Shown here in pieces: positions 49,352 through 59,287 of a DNA stretch of 64,000 nt (position 1 is the stretch's first letter; each line of letters begins with the position of its first letter). The stretch is from Niabella sp. (lineage in GTDB: Bacteria; Bacteroidota; Bacteroidia; Chitinophagales; Chitinophagaceae), in the NCBI GenBank assembly GCA_047601605.1, contig JASGIU010000002.1, positions 1,688,370-1,752,369 on the forward strand, given 5' to 3'. Below the pieces are notes generated by a model. It did no database searches and was not told the DNA's origin. It saw nothing but the letters and a program-made list of their open reading frames with translations. The position numbers and the translations under genes were made by a program.

Positions 49352-49819
49352 TTATACCCTGAAGTGTGCAAAAGCCTTGTTTGCCTCTGCCATACGGTGG
49401 GTATCTTCTTTCTTTTTGAAAGCTGCACCTTCGCCTTTGCTGGCTGCCACGATTTCGTTGGCCAGTTTATCGGACATGCTGCGGCCGTTTCGGTCGCGGC
49501 TGTAACGTATCAACCATTTGATGCTCAATGAAATTTTCCTGTCGGGGCGAACCTCTGAAGGAATCTGGAATGTAGCCCCACCGATACGGCGGCTGCGTAC
49601 TTCTACGGCCGGAGTAACGTTTGCCAACGCTTTCTTCCACACTTCGTATCCATCTTCGTTGGTTTGTTTGGCCACTTTGTCCAAAGCATCATAAAAAATC
49701 GTGAAGGCGCCACTTTTCTTGCCTTCCCACATCAGGTTGTTTACAAACCTTGTTACCAGTTTATCATTAAACTTGGGATCGGGGGCTAACGGGAGCTTTT
49801 TGGCTTGTGCTTTACGCAT
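49352..49819 (-). CDS. rpsG: 30S ribosomal protein S7
   Basis: [21 protein letters not shown] and [13 protein letters not shown]. Confidence 0.99.
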   Translation of the reverse strand: MRKAQAKKLPLAPDPKFNDKLVTRFVNNLMWEGKKSGAFTIFYDALDKVAKQTNEDGYEVWKKALANVTPAVEVRSRRIGGATFQIPSEVRPDRKISLSIKWLIRYSRDRNGRSMSDKLANEIVAASKGEGAAFKKKEDTHRMAEANKAFAHFRV

Positions 49820-49824
49820 TATCT

Positions 49825-49859
49825 TTAACTATTAATTCTTAATTACTAATTATCAATTA
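49825..49859 (-). repeat. Five imperfect 7-bp tandem units between rpsL and rpsG
   Basis: TAATTGA TAATTAG TAATTAA GAATTAA TAGTTAA. Confidence 0.6.
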
Positions 49860-50231
49860 TTTTTTGGCTTTTTTAGTTCCATATTTGGAGCGGCTCTGCT
49901 TGCGGTCTTTTACACCGGCAGTATCCAAGCTACCGCGCACGATATGATAACGTACACCGGGCAAATCTTTTACCCTGCCACCCCTGATTAATACAATGGA
50001 GTGTTCTTGCAGGTTGTGACCTTCACCGGGGATGTAGGCGATAACCTCGATTTTGTTGGTAAGGCGTACTTTGGCCACTTTGCGAAGCGCAGAGTTAGGT
50101 TTTTTAGGCGTAGTGGTATATACGCGCGTACATACGCCACGGCGTTGCGGGCATTGATCCAAGGCCCTTGATTTGCTCTTCGCCTTGATAATTTCTCTTC
50201 CTTTACGAACTAATTGATTTATTGTAGGCAT
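49857..50231 (-). CDS. rpsL: 30S ribosomal protein S12
   Basis: [25 protein letters not shown] and [10 protein letters not shown]. Confidence 0.99.
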   Translation of the reverse strand: MPTINQLVRKGREIIKAKSKSRALDQCPQRRGVCTRVYTTTPKKPNSALRKVAKVRLTNKIEVIAYIPGEGHNLQEHSIVLIRGGRVKDLPGVRYHIVRGSLDTAGVKDRKQSRSKYGTKKAKK

Positions 50232-50256
50232 TCTTAATGCTTTAATTTTTGGACGG

Positions 50257-50287
50257 CAAAGGTAAGGCTTGTACGGGAATAAACAAA
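50257..50287 (-). promoter_or_regulatory. rpsL promoter
   Basis: TTTG (50287-84), 19-nt spacer, TACCTTTG (50264-57). Confidence 0.7.
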
Positions 50288-50428
50288 AATAATTCAGTTT
50301 TTTTATGCACCGACCTATTTTTTCAGTAACTGGAAGAAATAGGGGAAATATTGTTCAGACGTTGTCTTAATTTTGGTTTTACGATGTTGTTTAGAATAAA
50401 AATTTAGCGATCGCATAAAACTTTTGAA

Positions 50429-50920
50429 TTGAAAACTGTACTAATAGCCTCGGTGCTAATAGTTTTTGTAATGGGCTGTAATAGCGGCGCAAACAAACCA
50501 ACTATTGCTAAAAATAGTACCCAAGCTAAAGAAAAGCCTATTTCTAATGCAGGAATATTAAAACTCATTGATTCTTCAAAAAAGGAATTGTCAGGTAAAG
50601 CCGTTACTATAACTGTTTCTTATGCGGCAATAGCATGTAGTTGTGCCCAATGGTTTGAAACAAAATATGAGAATGTATCTTTTTTGGAAGGAGTGGAGCG
50701 CTTTTATATGGAGCCAATGGATGCTGCTTTACTTAATGCAAATGATTTGTGGGATGGAGAATCCTTGCCGTTAAAGCTAAAAGTAACGGGTAGGTTTTCC
50801 AAAGAAAAAGGAGTTCCTCTAACCCATAGTATAAAAGGTGAACCTGAAAAAGCGAGAATTTTTTGGTATGATAAGATAACGGTATTATCACCATCTTTTT
50901 ATAAAAGTGTTAAGAAATAA
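50429..50920 (+). CDS. Hypothetical lipoprotein
   Basis: TTG start, lipobox VMGC and an IACSCAQW motif; followed by a terminator. Confidence 0.7.
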   Translation: MKTVLIASVLIVFVMGCNSGANKPTIAKNSTQAKEKPISNAGILKLIDSSKKELSGKAVTITVSYAAIACSCAQWFETKYENVSFLEGVERFYMEPMDAALLNANDLWDGESLPLKLKVTGRFSKEKGVPLTHSIKGEPEKARIFWYDKITVLSPSFYKSVKK

Positions 50921-50950
50921 AAAATCCCCTGAAATTTCAGGGGATTTTTT
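50919..50950. terminator. Bidirectional terminator
   Basis: Perfect palindrome AAAAAATCCCCTGAAATTTCAGGGGATTTTTT. Confidence 0.88.
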
Positions 50951-50967
50951 ATTGAACGTTGATTATT

Positions 50968-52032
50968 TTACACCCTTTCCAGCCAACCGTGCGGGTCACC
51001 GTGGATATTTTCCTTATAATCCAACAGGTATTTCTTCATGTCGGCTGAAACGGTCATGCTGTCCACGTCAAATTCCATCACAAAATCCTTGTACTTCAGT
51101 TCTTTTACGTGGGAGATGGTGGCCGCCGTGCCGCATCCGAACACTTCTTTTAATTGACCATCTTTGTAAGCTGCTACCAGTTCGTCAATAGAAACCTTCC
51201 TTTCTTCAACCTTATGCCCTTTTTCTTTAAACAAGTCTATGAGGCTCATCCGTGTAATACCGTTCAGGATGGTGCCGTCGGTGAGGTCGGGGGTCACGAT
51301 GGTGTCCCCGATGATGAACATAATGTTCATTGCGCCAACTTCCTGCACGTATTTATGTTCCAATGCGTCCATCCACAGCACCTGGTCATAACCTTGCTTC
51401 TTGGCTTCCGCGGAAGAAAGGAGCGAGGAGGCATAGTTGCCCCCGGTTTTGGCAAAGCCAGTGCCCCCGGGCGCGGCACGTGTAAATTTTTCCTCTACGT
51501 AAATCCTTGCCGGTGCGGAAAAGTACGAACCTACCGGCCCGGTAATAATTAAAAATTTATAGGAAGAAGATTCCTTGACGCCCAATGTTTCCTCGGTGGC
51601 AAACAGGAACGGGCGTATATAAAGGGATTCGTCGTAACCGGAAGGTATAAAAGCCTTGTCCAGTTCGATGAGTTGTTTCATCCCGTCAATAAAAATTTCT
51701 TCCGGGATTTGCGGCATCGCCAGGCGTTCTGCCGAAAGGTTCATCCGTTTCCAGTTTTCGTGCGGACGAAAAATATGGATATTGCCGTTTTCGTCCTTAT
51801 GTGCTTTTTGGCCTTCAAAAATGGTTTGCGCATAATGCAGCACCGAAAGGGCGGGCAGAAACCCCAGTTCCGCATAAGGGCGGATATTCACGTTTTTCCA
51901 CTCTCCGTTTTCCCAATCTGCTTCCAGCATGTGGTCGGAAAAATATTTCCCAAATCCTAAATTACTAAAATCTACCTGCGGGAGCTTGCTTTGCTTCACC
52001 CGTTGCACGGGTATTGTCATTGTTTCTGCCAT
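50968..52032 (-). CDS. ilvE: Branched-chain amino acid aminotransferase
   Basis: LHYAQTIFEG, YIRPF, AKTGGNYA, EVGAMN, ILNGITR and FGCGTAA. Confidence 0.95.
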   Translation of the reverse strand: MAETMTIPVQRVKQSKLPQVDFSNLGFGKYFSDHMLEADWENGEWKNVNIRPYAELGFLPALSVLHYAQTIFEGQKAHKDENGNIHIFRPHENWKRMNLSAERLAMPQIPEEIFIDGMKQLIELDKAFIPSGYDESLYIRPFLFATEETLGVKESSSYKFLIITGPVGSYFSAPARIYVEEKFTRAAPGGTGFAKTGGNYASSLLSSAEAKKQGYDQVLWMDALEHKYVQEVGAMNIMFIIGDTIVTPDLTDGTILNGITRMSLIDLFKEKGHKVEERKVSIDELVAAYKDGQLKEVFGCGTAATISHVKELKYKDFVMEFDVDSMTVSADMKKYLLDYKENIHGDPHGWLERV

Positions 52033-52154
52033 AAAAAAAATTAAATGAGGGGTACGAATATACGAAAACCTTCTCAATTGAAGCTTTTAAGGCTTTGTGA
52101 AAAACCGTTAAGCCATAAAGGTCTCTTTATCTTGACGAAATTTTTCTATCTGTT

Positions 52155-52646
52155 TTACAGCGGCGTATCCGTCTTTCGAAGTAATACTGTTGCATAAGCC
52201 ACCAAACCTTCTTCCCTGCCGGCAAAGCCCATCGTTTCGGTCGTGGTGGCTTTTATGGACACATCGTTGACCGTAAGTCCGGTAATCGCCGAAATGGTTT
52301 CGCACATGGCGGGTACGTGTGGTTTTATTTTGGGTTTTTCAAGACAGAGCGTGCTGTCTATATTTACTACTGCATAACCTTTTTCCGTTATCAACCGCAT
52401 ACATTCGCGCAGCAGTATCTTGCTGTCAATATCCTTGTAACGCTCATCCGTGTTGGGAAAATGTACGCCGATGTCGCCCAACGCCAACGCGCCGAGCAGT
52501 GCATCACAAATGGCATGAAGCAATACGTCAGCATCGCTATGGCCCAGCGCGCCTTTGTGGTGCGGGATTTGTACACCGCCTATCCATAGTGCGCGGCCTT
52601 CTACCAATTGATGAAAATCTATTCCGGAACCGATACGGTAAGGCAT
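52155..52646 (-). CDS. ispF: 2-C-methyl-D-erythritol 2,4-cyclodiphosphate synthase
   Basis: RIGSGIDFH, GHSDADVLLHA and KATTTE. Confidence 0.97.
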   Translation of the reverse strand: MPYRIGSGIDFHQLVEGRALWIGGVQIPHHKGALGHSDADVLLHAICDALLGALALGDIGVHFPNTDERYKDIDSKILLRECMRLITEKGYAVVNIDSTLCLEKPKIKPHVPAMCETISAITGLTVNDVSIKATTTETMGFAGREEGLVAYATVLLRKTDTPL

Positions 52647-52787
52647 GATATTTTTTGTGGCTAAAGTAAGGCTATTGGGGATGGTAAACAAACCCGACAG
52701 CGTTTTGCGTCATAAATTATAATGATTTCTATTATTTGCTTTAAAGATCAACCTTCCCAAATCATCGGCTTATGTTATTTTTGTTAG

Positions 52788-54074
52788 ATGAATATCGAAA
52801 AGCTGTACGAAATATATACACAATACCCACAGGTGCAAACCGACACCCGGAAATTGCAAACGGGTGATATTTTTTTCGCATTGAAAGGCCCAAATTTCAA
52901 CGGCAACAAATTTGCCCGGCAAGCTATCGAGGCAGGTGCGGCATACTCCGTGATTGATGAAAAGGAGTTTGAGATTCCCGGTAAAACCATTCTGGTTGAT
53001 GATGTGATGTCAACCTTGCAGGAACTGGCACACTATCACCGTCGGCAGTTTCAAATACCTTTTATTGCTGTAACGGGCAGCAACGGAAAGACAACCACAA
53101 AGGAACTAATTCATGCTGTCCTGAACCAAACATTTAAGACATCCACCACAGAAGGTAATCTGAATAACCATATTGGCGTGCCGTTGACTTTATTGAAAAT
53201 ACGTCCCGGTACGGAAATGGCCGTTGTGGAAATGGGCGCGAACCATCTTGGAGAGATTGCGGGTTATTGCAACGTGGCCGACCCCACGCACGGCATTATC
53301 ACCAATTGCGGAAAAGCTCACCTTGAAGGTTTTGGCAGTCTGGAAGGCGTAAAGAAAGCCAAGGGCGAGCTGTACGACCACCTTCGTCAAAGAGGTGATG
53401 GTACTGCTTTTGTGATGTGGGATTATGATTACCTGCGGCAAATGAGTCAGGGCATTGAAACGGTGGTGCGTTATGGCACGGGCGATGCAGAAGTCAACGG
53501 GAAGGTCGTTTCGGTCAATCCTTTTCTCACGGTGGCGTTAGATGATAATCTTGTTATCAAGACGCAATTGGTAGGTGCGTACAATCTACCCAATGTATTA
53601 GCGACAGTTGCCGTTGGCCAAACGATGGGCGTGTCTTTGGAAAAAATTATTCATGCAATAGAAAACTACACACCTTCCAACAGTCGTTCTCAATTGATGA
53701 AAGAAGGCACGAATACGATTGTGCTGGATGCCTACAACGCTAATCCGACAAGTATGAAAGTGGCTATCGAAAACTTTACCGCGATGCCCGGTCAAAAAAA
53801 GATACTCGTGTTGGGCGCGATGGCGGAGATGGGCGCGGAAACAGAAGTTGAACATCAAACGCTGATAAACCTGATTGATAAATATAATTGGGACGGCGTG
53901 TATCTTGTAGGAGCCGCTTTCTCTCCGTTCCATGATAAATATCGTACCTTTGGCAACGCAGAGGAAGCTGCTACCGCATTGGCTGCACAAGCATTTGACC
54001 ATACGTTGTTTTTGGTAAAGGGCAGCCGTAGCAGCCAAATGGAGAAAGTGCTTCCCGCTATTCGTCATACATAA
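52788..54074 (+). CDS. murF: UDP-MurNAc-tripeptide:D-Ala-D-Ala ligase
   Basis: DTRK, ALKG.NF.G, TGSNGKTTTK, NNHIGVP, DAYNANP and KGSR. Confidence 0.96.
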   Translation: MNIEKLYEIYTQYPQVQTDTRKLQTGDIFFALKGPNFNGNKFARQAIEAGAAYSVIDEKEFEIPGKTILVDDVMSTLQELAHYHRRQFQIPFIAVTGSNGKTTTKELIHAVLNQTFKTSTTEGNLNNHIGVPLTLLKIRPGTEMAVVEMGANHLGEIAGYCNVADPTHGIITNCGKAHLEGFGSLEGVKKAKGELYDHLRQRGDGTAFVMWDYDYLRQMSQGIETVVRYGTGDAEVNGKVVSVNPFLTVALDDNLVIKTQLVGAYNLPNVLATVAVGQTMGVSLEKIIHAIENYTPSNSRSQLMKEGTNTIVLDAYNANPTSMKVAIENFTAMPGQKKILVLGAMAEMGAETEVEHQTLINLIDKYNWDGVYLVGAAFSPFHDKYRTFGNAEEAATALAAQAFDHTLFLVKGSRSSQMEKVLPAIRHT

Positions 54075-54088
54075 ACATTCAATATATC

Positions 54089-54550
54089 GTGCCAGAACAT
54101 AAAGCAAACAGAGGTTATTTGCCCGCTACGTTGGGCTGTTATTGTCCCAGGTGCCGCGAGGGAAAACTCTTTAAGAATTCCGTTAGCATCAGTGTGAAAA
54201 AAACATTGGAGATGAATAAAACTTGTCCCGTGTGCGGGCAACCTACCGAGATAGAAGTAGGGTTTTATTACGGTACAGGTTATGTGAGCTATGCGCTTGC
54301 CATTGCCATCAGCGTGGCCAGTGCCATTGCATGGTGGGTCTTTATCGGCTTTTCCACAACCGACATGACCCGTTTGGTTTCCTGGCTTGTCTTCAATGCC
54401 TTGTTGCTGCTATCGCTGCAACCTTGGTTGATGCGGCTTTCGCGAAGCCTGTGGATTTCCTGGTTTGTTCATTACGACCCTTACTGGAAAGAGAGCGGCC
54501 CGGTGGAAACGCCGGAAAGATACAATGAACAACATGCAGGGAACTGGTAG
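54089..54550 (+). CDS. DUF983-family membrane protein
   Basis: CPRCREG and CPVCGQ, then E.GFYYG and two transmembrane segments. Confidence 0.75.
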   Translation: MPEHKANRGYLPATLGCYCPRCREGKLFKNSVSISVKKTLEMNKTCPVCGQPTEIEVGFYYGTGYVSYALAIAISVASAIAWWVFIGFSTTDMTRLVSWLVFNALLLLSLQPWLMRLSRSLWISWFVHYDPYWKESGPVETPERYNEQHAGNW

Positions 54551-54669
54551 GAGAGAAGTGCTGTATGATATTCTTCCATTCGTTTTTGTTTCATGCAAAA
54601 TGTGTGGTGTCAGCTATTCCCTAAAGATATTTTATATATAATATTTTTAATGCCCGATAACGATCTGCA

Positions 54670-55593
54670 ATGGATAACAAAACTCACGAGGTAGTATGTT
54701 TTGGAGAAGTCCTTTGGGATATATTGCCCGACCGGGAACTACCCGGCGGTGCACTGATGAACGTTACGTATCACCTGTCAAAATTAGGACGAAAAGCCAC
54801 GCTTATATCCAGGTTGGGTAATGATGAAAGAGGCATTGCCTTGCGAAAAATTTTTGAGGAAAGAGGCATTGATACCAGCAATGTGCAAACGGATGCAACA
54901 CATGAGACGAGCACTGTTTTGGCCACACCGAACGAAGCAGGCGATATGAAATACCAAATTGTGGAAAATGTCGCCTGGGATTATATTGAGCGGTTGCCCG
55001 ATCATGAAGCGCTCATTTCGTCCGCGCAGTATTTTGTTTTTGGTAGTTTGGCAGCGCGGCATGAAGTGTCAAGAAATACGTTGTTCAGTTTGATGGATAT
55101 CCCGTGCAAAAAAGTGTTTGACATTAATCTCAGGGCGCCCTTCTATAATAGAGAGCTGTTGGAATATGAGATGTCCAAAGCGCATATTGTTAAAATGAAT
55201 GATGAAGAGCTCGTATTGGTGGCAGACTGGTACACAAATTACAAAACGGTTGAAGATAACATGATGCTGTTGCAGGACAGGTTCAATATCGAAACGTTGG
55301 TTGTAACCTGTGGCGCGAAAGGTGCGATGGTAAATCATTGCGGCAGTTTTTATGCCGATGCAGGCTTCAAGGTAACAGTGGCCGACACCATAGGTAGCGG
55401 GGACAGTTTCCTCGCCGCATTTCTATCAAAATTTATAGAAAATAAAGGGGTGCAGACCGCTTTGTCTTTTGCCTGCACGGTGGGGGCATTCGTGGCCACA
55501 CAGAAAGGTGGCTGCCCCGATTATTCGCTTGCAGATATAGAGCATTTTCGTAACGGGGCTTTACGCAATAACAAATGCCCTATATTAGAATGA
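54670..55593 (+). CDS. PfkB-family carbohydrate kinase (fructokinase)
   Basis: GEVLWD, PGGA, FDINLR and DTIGSGDSF; adjacent to a GH32. Confidence 0.88.
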   Translation: MDNKTHEVVCFGEVLWDILPDRELPGGALMNVTYHLSKLGRKATLISRLGNDERGIALRKIFEERGIDTSNVQTDATHETSTVLATPNEAGDMKYQIVENVAWDYIERLPDHEALISSAQYFVFGSLAARHEVSRNTLFSLMDIPCKKVFDINLRAPFYNRELLEYEMSKAHIVKMNDEELVLVADWYTNYKTVEDNMMLLQDRFNIETLVVTCGAKGAMVNHCGSFYADAGFKVTVADTIGSGDSFLAAFLSKFIENKGVQTALSFACTVGAFVATQKGGCPDYSLADIEHFRNGALRNNKCPILE

Positions 55594-55630
55594 TACTTTA
55601 TCGGAACAAACGTCCTGACAAAACAATAAA

Positions 55631-57127
55631 ATGATGTGTATGAAAGAATTATTATCGCTACTATGTGTGCTGTTGTTTTTGCAGATAACCCATGCGCAGC
55701 CTGATGCATATATATCCGAACCCCATCGTCCGCTCGTTCACTTTACTCCTAAAAGGGGTTGGATGAACGACCCTAATGGCATGGTGTATTATAACGGCAC
55801 TTACCACTTATTCTTTCAGCATAACCCGGATAGTACCGTGTGGGGGCCAATGCATTGGGGCCATGCCACCAGCACCGACCTGGTACACTGGCGGGAGCTG
55901 CCGATTGCTTTATATCCTGATGCGCTGGGCACTATCTTTTCAGGCAGCGCCGTGATAGATGTAAATAATGCCGCAGGGTTTGGTAAAAATGCAATGGTGG
56001 CAATTTATACCAGCCATAACCATGCGATGGAAAGGGAAGGGTTTGAAACATTTCAAACGCAGAGTATTGCTTACAGTCTGGATGAAGGGAAGACGTGGAC
56101 GAAGTACAAGGGCAATCCGGTATTACCAAACCCCGGCATTCGTGATTTTCGCGACCCGAAAGTAATGTGGTATGAACCTGCTCAAAAATGGGTTATGACA
56201 TTGGCAACTTCCGACCATATTACTTTTTATTCATCGCCTGACCTAAAACATTGGCAAGAGGAAAGCCAGTTTGGTAAAGGTGTCGGCGCGCACGGTGGCG
56301 TGTGGGAATGCCCGGATTTATTTCCTTTGGATTATAATGGCCATAAAGTTTGGGTGTTGATTGTAAACCTGAATCCCGGCGGGCCTAACGGTGGTTCGGC
56401 CACACAATATTTCACGGGAGCGTTTGACGGAACAACCTTTAAACCTTTCGATATGCAAACCCGCTGGTTGGATTATGGCCCGGATGAATACGCGGGCATC
56501 ACTTGGAGCAATACTGGTGACCGGGAAATATTTTTAGGCTGGATGAGCAACTGGCAATATGCCAATGTAGTGCCTACCAAGAACTGGCGCAGCGCTACAA
56601 CCATTGCAAGGGAACTTGCTGTTCAAAAGTTGGGAGAGCAATATCTCGTCGTGTCCAAACCGGTAAAAGAATTTGCTGACGCGGTTGCAAAAAGCACTGT
56701 ATTGAAAAACGTAAAGGTTGCCAACTTTGATGTAACCAAAAAAACCGGGAAGCTGGATGGTGCTGCTGTATTAAATCTTGCGACCAGTAACGCAAAATCA
56801 TTCAATATTGTTTTGTCTAATGCTCAAGGGGAGCAAGTGGTAGTGGGTTTTGATGCCACAGCGAATCAGTATTTTATTGATCGTACAAAAAGTGGGGATG
56901 TTTCGTTTGAAAAGGACTTTGCTAAAAAACATATTGCGCCGCGTTTTGTGAACAGCAAGGAAATGGATATGACGCTGGTGATAGATGTGGCATCCGTGGA
57001 ATTGTTTGCAGACAACGGTTTGAGCGTGATGACGGAAATATTTTTCCCGACTACCCCGTTTACGGATATCAAAATACAGTCACCTGAAAAGATGGTTATA
57101 CAGAAGCTACAAATCAACAGGTTGTAA
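55631..57127 (+). CDS. Secreted GH32 levanase/beta-fructofuranosidase
   Basis: Signal peptide, WMNDPNG, FSGS, FRDP and WECPD catalytic motifs. Confidence 0.93.
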   Translation: MMCMKELLSLLCVLLFLQITHAQPDAYISEPHRPLVHFTPKRGWMNDPNGMVYYNGTYHLFFQHNPDSTVWGPMHWGHATSTDLVHWRELPIALYPDALGTIFSGSAVIDVNNAAGFGKNAMVAIYTSHNHAMEREGFETFQTQSIAYSLDEGKTWTKYKGNPVLPNPGIRDFRDPKVMWYEPAQKWVMTLATSDHITFYSSPDLKHWQEESQFGKGVGAHGGVWECPDLFPLDYNGHKVWVLIVNLNPGGPNGGSATQYFTGAFDGTTFKPFDMQTRWLDYGPDEYAGITWSNTGDREIFLGWMSNWQYANVVPTKNWRSATTIARELAVQKLGEQYLVVSKPVKEFADAVAKSTVLKNVKVANFDVTKKTGKLDGAAVLNLATSNAKSFNIVLSNAQGEQVVVGFDATANQYFIDRTKSGDVSFEKDFAKKHIAPRFVNSKEMDMTLVIDVASVELFADNGLSVMTEIFFPTTPFTDIKIQSPEKMVIQKLQINRL

Positions 57128-57179
57128 GCAATGCAGTAACGCAGATAGACGTTTGATACACTAAACGGTTAATGCAAAT

Positions 57180-57818
57180 TTATTCTTCATAAGGCATCAT
57201 CCATGCACCGACAGGTATGGCAAAGCCGTTTATTTGCGCAAACCGCGATAGTATAGTGATGGCGATTTGGTCTTTGCCCACGGTCTGCCAGCTAAGAGTG
57301 AGCGGGGACAGTGGGTAAGTACCCCATGTATAATGGATTGCCTTTCCTTCCCGAACATTTTCAATACCTTTTAGGTCAATTTCCTCTGAGCTTTTAAAAC
57401 TGCGTTTTAGTTTTTTATGAATCTTGTTAAATTCCTTGAGTAGAAAGCGACGGGTTGTTTCGTTATCCTCGGCAAAGGCAATAATCTGGTAAGAAAGTAC
57501 TGTGTCTTTCAGGGATTGGTTTCCCTGAGATCCTACCTCGTTTTCACTCAACACTACGTGTACTTTTTTTGTTTTGATTAAAAACGGATTGAATTGTTTA
57601 TAATCTCCGCTAAAAAGGAACAGCGATGTATCGGTGCGCAGGAATTGCTTTTTATTGGTCACTTCAGGGTCGGATGTTACAGCTTTGATAAACGCGGGAA
57701 AACTGCCTTCAAACGGGTTCACCCTGTAGTATTCCTTGATTATTTTTATATAGTCTTTTTGTCCTTGGCTTACCAAGGCTATTAATATCGATAGTAAAAA
57801 CAAACAATATTTTTTCAC
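57180..57818 (-). CDS. Hypothetical secreted protein
   Basis: Signal-like N-terminus from GTG 57818 (VKKYCLFLLSILIALVSQGQ). The track's upstream start is 57863. Confidence 0.65.
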   Translation of the reverse strand: MKKYCLFLLSILIALVSQGQKDYIKIIKEYYRVNPFEGSFPAFIKAVTSDPEVTNKKQFLRTDTSLFLFSGDYKQFNPFLIKTKKVHVVLSENEVGSQGNQSLKDTVLSYQIIAFAEDNETTRRFLLKEFNKIHKKLKRSFKSSEEIDLKGIENVREGKAIHYTWGTYPLSPLTLSWQTVGKDQIAITILSRFAQINGFAIPVGAWMMPYEE

Positions 57819-57988
57819 GGCTTTATTTGAATAGTTGCTGCAATGTACAAAATAAATCCGCACACGAACCTGTGCAAATTGCGTTAGCGCAATAGCGGAA
57901 ATTATTTTGCAATGATAATGCGTGATTGAAGGTGCAGGAAAATGCGTGATTTGAGGAAGTCAAACATACGCTGTTTTTCCAGTGGAAG

Positions 57989-59287
57989 CTAATGTGCAAA
58001 GTCCACTTCGTACCTGCCTTTGATGCGCTCCATCGGCGGGTTAAAATATCCGAATTTCAGATTAGGGAATTCTTCGCGGATGAGTTGCATCATTTGTCCA
58101 ACACCCATGCACACGCCCGTGTCGGTAACACCTATCTTGCGCAGATACCAATCCGGGTCAATGTTAAAGTTGCGCCATTGTATCATCTTCAGGTCTGTAT
58201 CCCTAATGACTTTTCTGAGGGCTTCGTATTCTTCTTCGGTGTCGGTCATACCGGGGAACACAAAATAGTTGACCGAAGTCCAGCCGCCAAAACCATTCAC
58301 TATTTTCAGGCTTTCGATGATGTCCTCCATGTGGTAATTATTAGGCCGGTAATACGGCGTGTAAATTTCCTTTCGGAAACTGTTGGTGCTTACGCGGATG
58401 GAGTTAAGCCCTGCTTCGCAAAGGCGCTTTACGGCATCAGGCCGCGAACCGTTGGTATTGATGTTGATGCTGCCTTTGTCCGTATGCTTGCGTATTTCGA
58501 TGATGGCTTTTTCTATCGTTTCCCACATGAGCAACGGCTCGCCCTCGCATCCCTGCCCAAAACTGATAAGTGGGAAAGGTGCCGTTTCCAAATGTGGAAC
58601 AGTAAATTCCACGATTTCCTCTGGCGTGGGTTTGAAATTCAACCTGTCCTGCGTGGAAACAACTGTTTCTTCATCGGGTTGCAACGAAATACAGCCCACG
58701 CAATTGGCGTTACAGGCGGGCGATGCCGGCACGGGGCATTCCCATCTGCCCATGAAGAAATTCCGCGCGGCAGGGCAGTGATACGTGTTGGCGCAATTTT
58801 CCGACAAGTGCTTGATAAGCCTGTTGTGCGGATAAGCGCGCGTTAACCGCTCAATGCCATCTCCGACGACACCATCATTAAATCCCGCGCATTCCTGACG
58901 GATGTCCTGTTCGATGCGGATGGCGGGCACATAAAACTTTTCGTTCAGCCACCCCGCGGCGGTATAGCAGAACAAAGGCAATATTGGTGCCTCGGGTTGT
59001 GTTTCGTATGCCGCCAGATAAAATCCAGTATAGGCCGGCGGAATAAATGCAGCCACCGCCCATCCCTTGTCGCAAAGGCGCATTTCACCTGTCCTGACAT
59101 CTATGCCGATGCCGCGCCTGCCGGGCAGTTCGTACAGGTTACCGCCCTCGGGCAGTTCTATCCATTCTTCGGTGGGGATAGGGTATGCGTCCCAGCCGCA
59201 ACGGCCTACCGCGTATAAAGAGGTGTCCTCGAAAATGTTACCCTGCCCGTCAGAGTATAAGAGATAAGGTGATTGACGAATGCTCAT
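57989..59287 (-). CDS. Uncharacterised radical SAM protein
   Basis: CNANCVGC (CxxxCxxC), FGQGCEGEP and NINTNGS. Its ATG overlaps the upstream TGA (ATGA). Confidence 0.88.
   Translation of the reverse strand: MSIRQSPYLLYSDGQGNIFEDTSLYAVGRCGWDAYPIPTEEWIELPEGGNLYELPGRRGIGIDVRTGEMRLCDKGWAVAAFIPPAYTGFYLAAYETQPEAPILPLFCYTAAGWLNEKFYVPAIRIEQDIRQECAGFNDGVVGDGIERLTRAYPHNRLIKHLSENCANTYHCPAARNFFMGRWECPVPASPACNANCVGCISLQPDEETVVSTQDRLNFKPTPEEIVEFTVPHLETAPFPLISFGQGCEGEPLLMWETIEKAIIEIRKHTDKGSININTNGSRPDAVKRLCEAGLNSIRVSTNSFRKEIYTPYYRPNNYHMEDIIESLKIVNGFGGWTSVNYFVFPGMTDTEEEYEALRKVIRDTDLKMIQWRNFNIDPDWYLRKIGVTDTGVCMGVGQMMQLIREEFPNLKFGYFNPPMERIKGRYEVDFAH

Noticed and set aside
49857-50231. Streptomycin-resistance substitutions in RpsL
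   Set aside because: PKKPNS and RVKDLPG are wild type.
52788-54074. murF outside the dcw cluster
   Set aside because: This is the usual arrangement in Bacteroidota.
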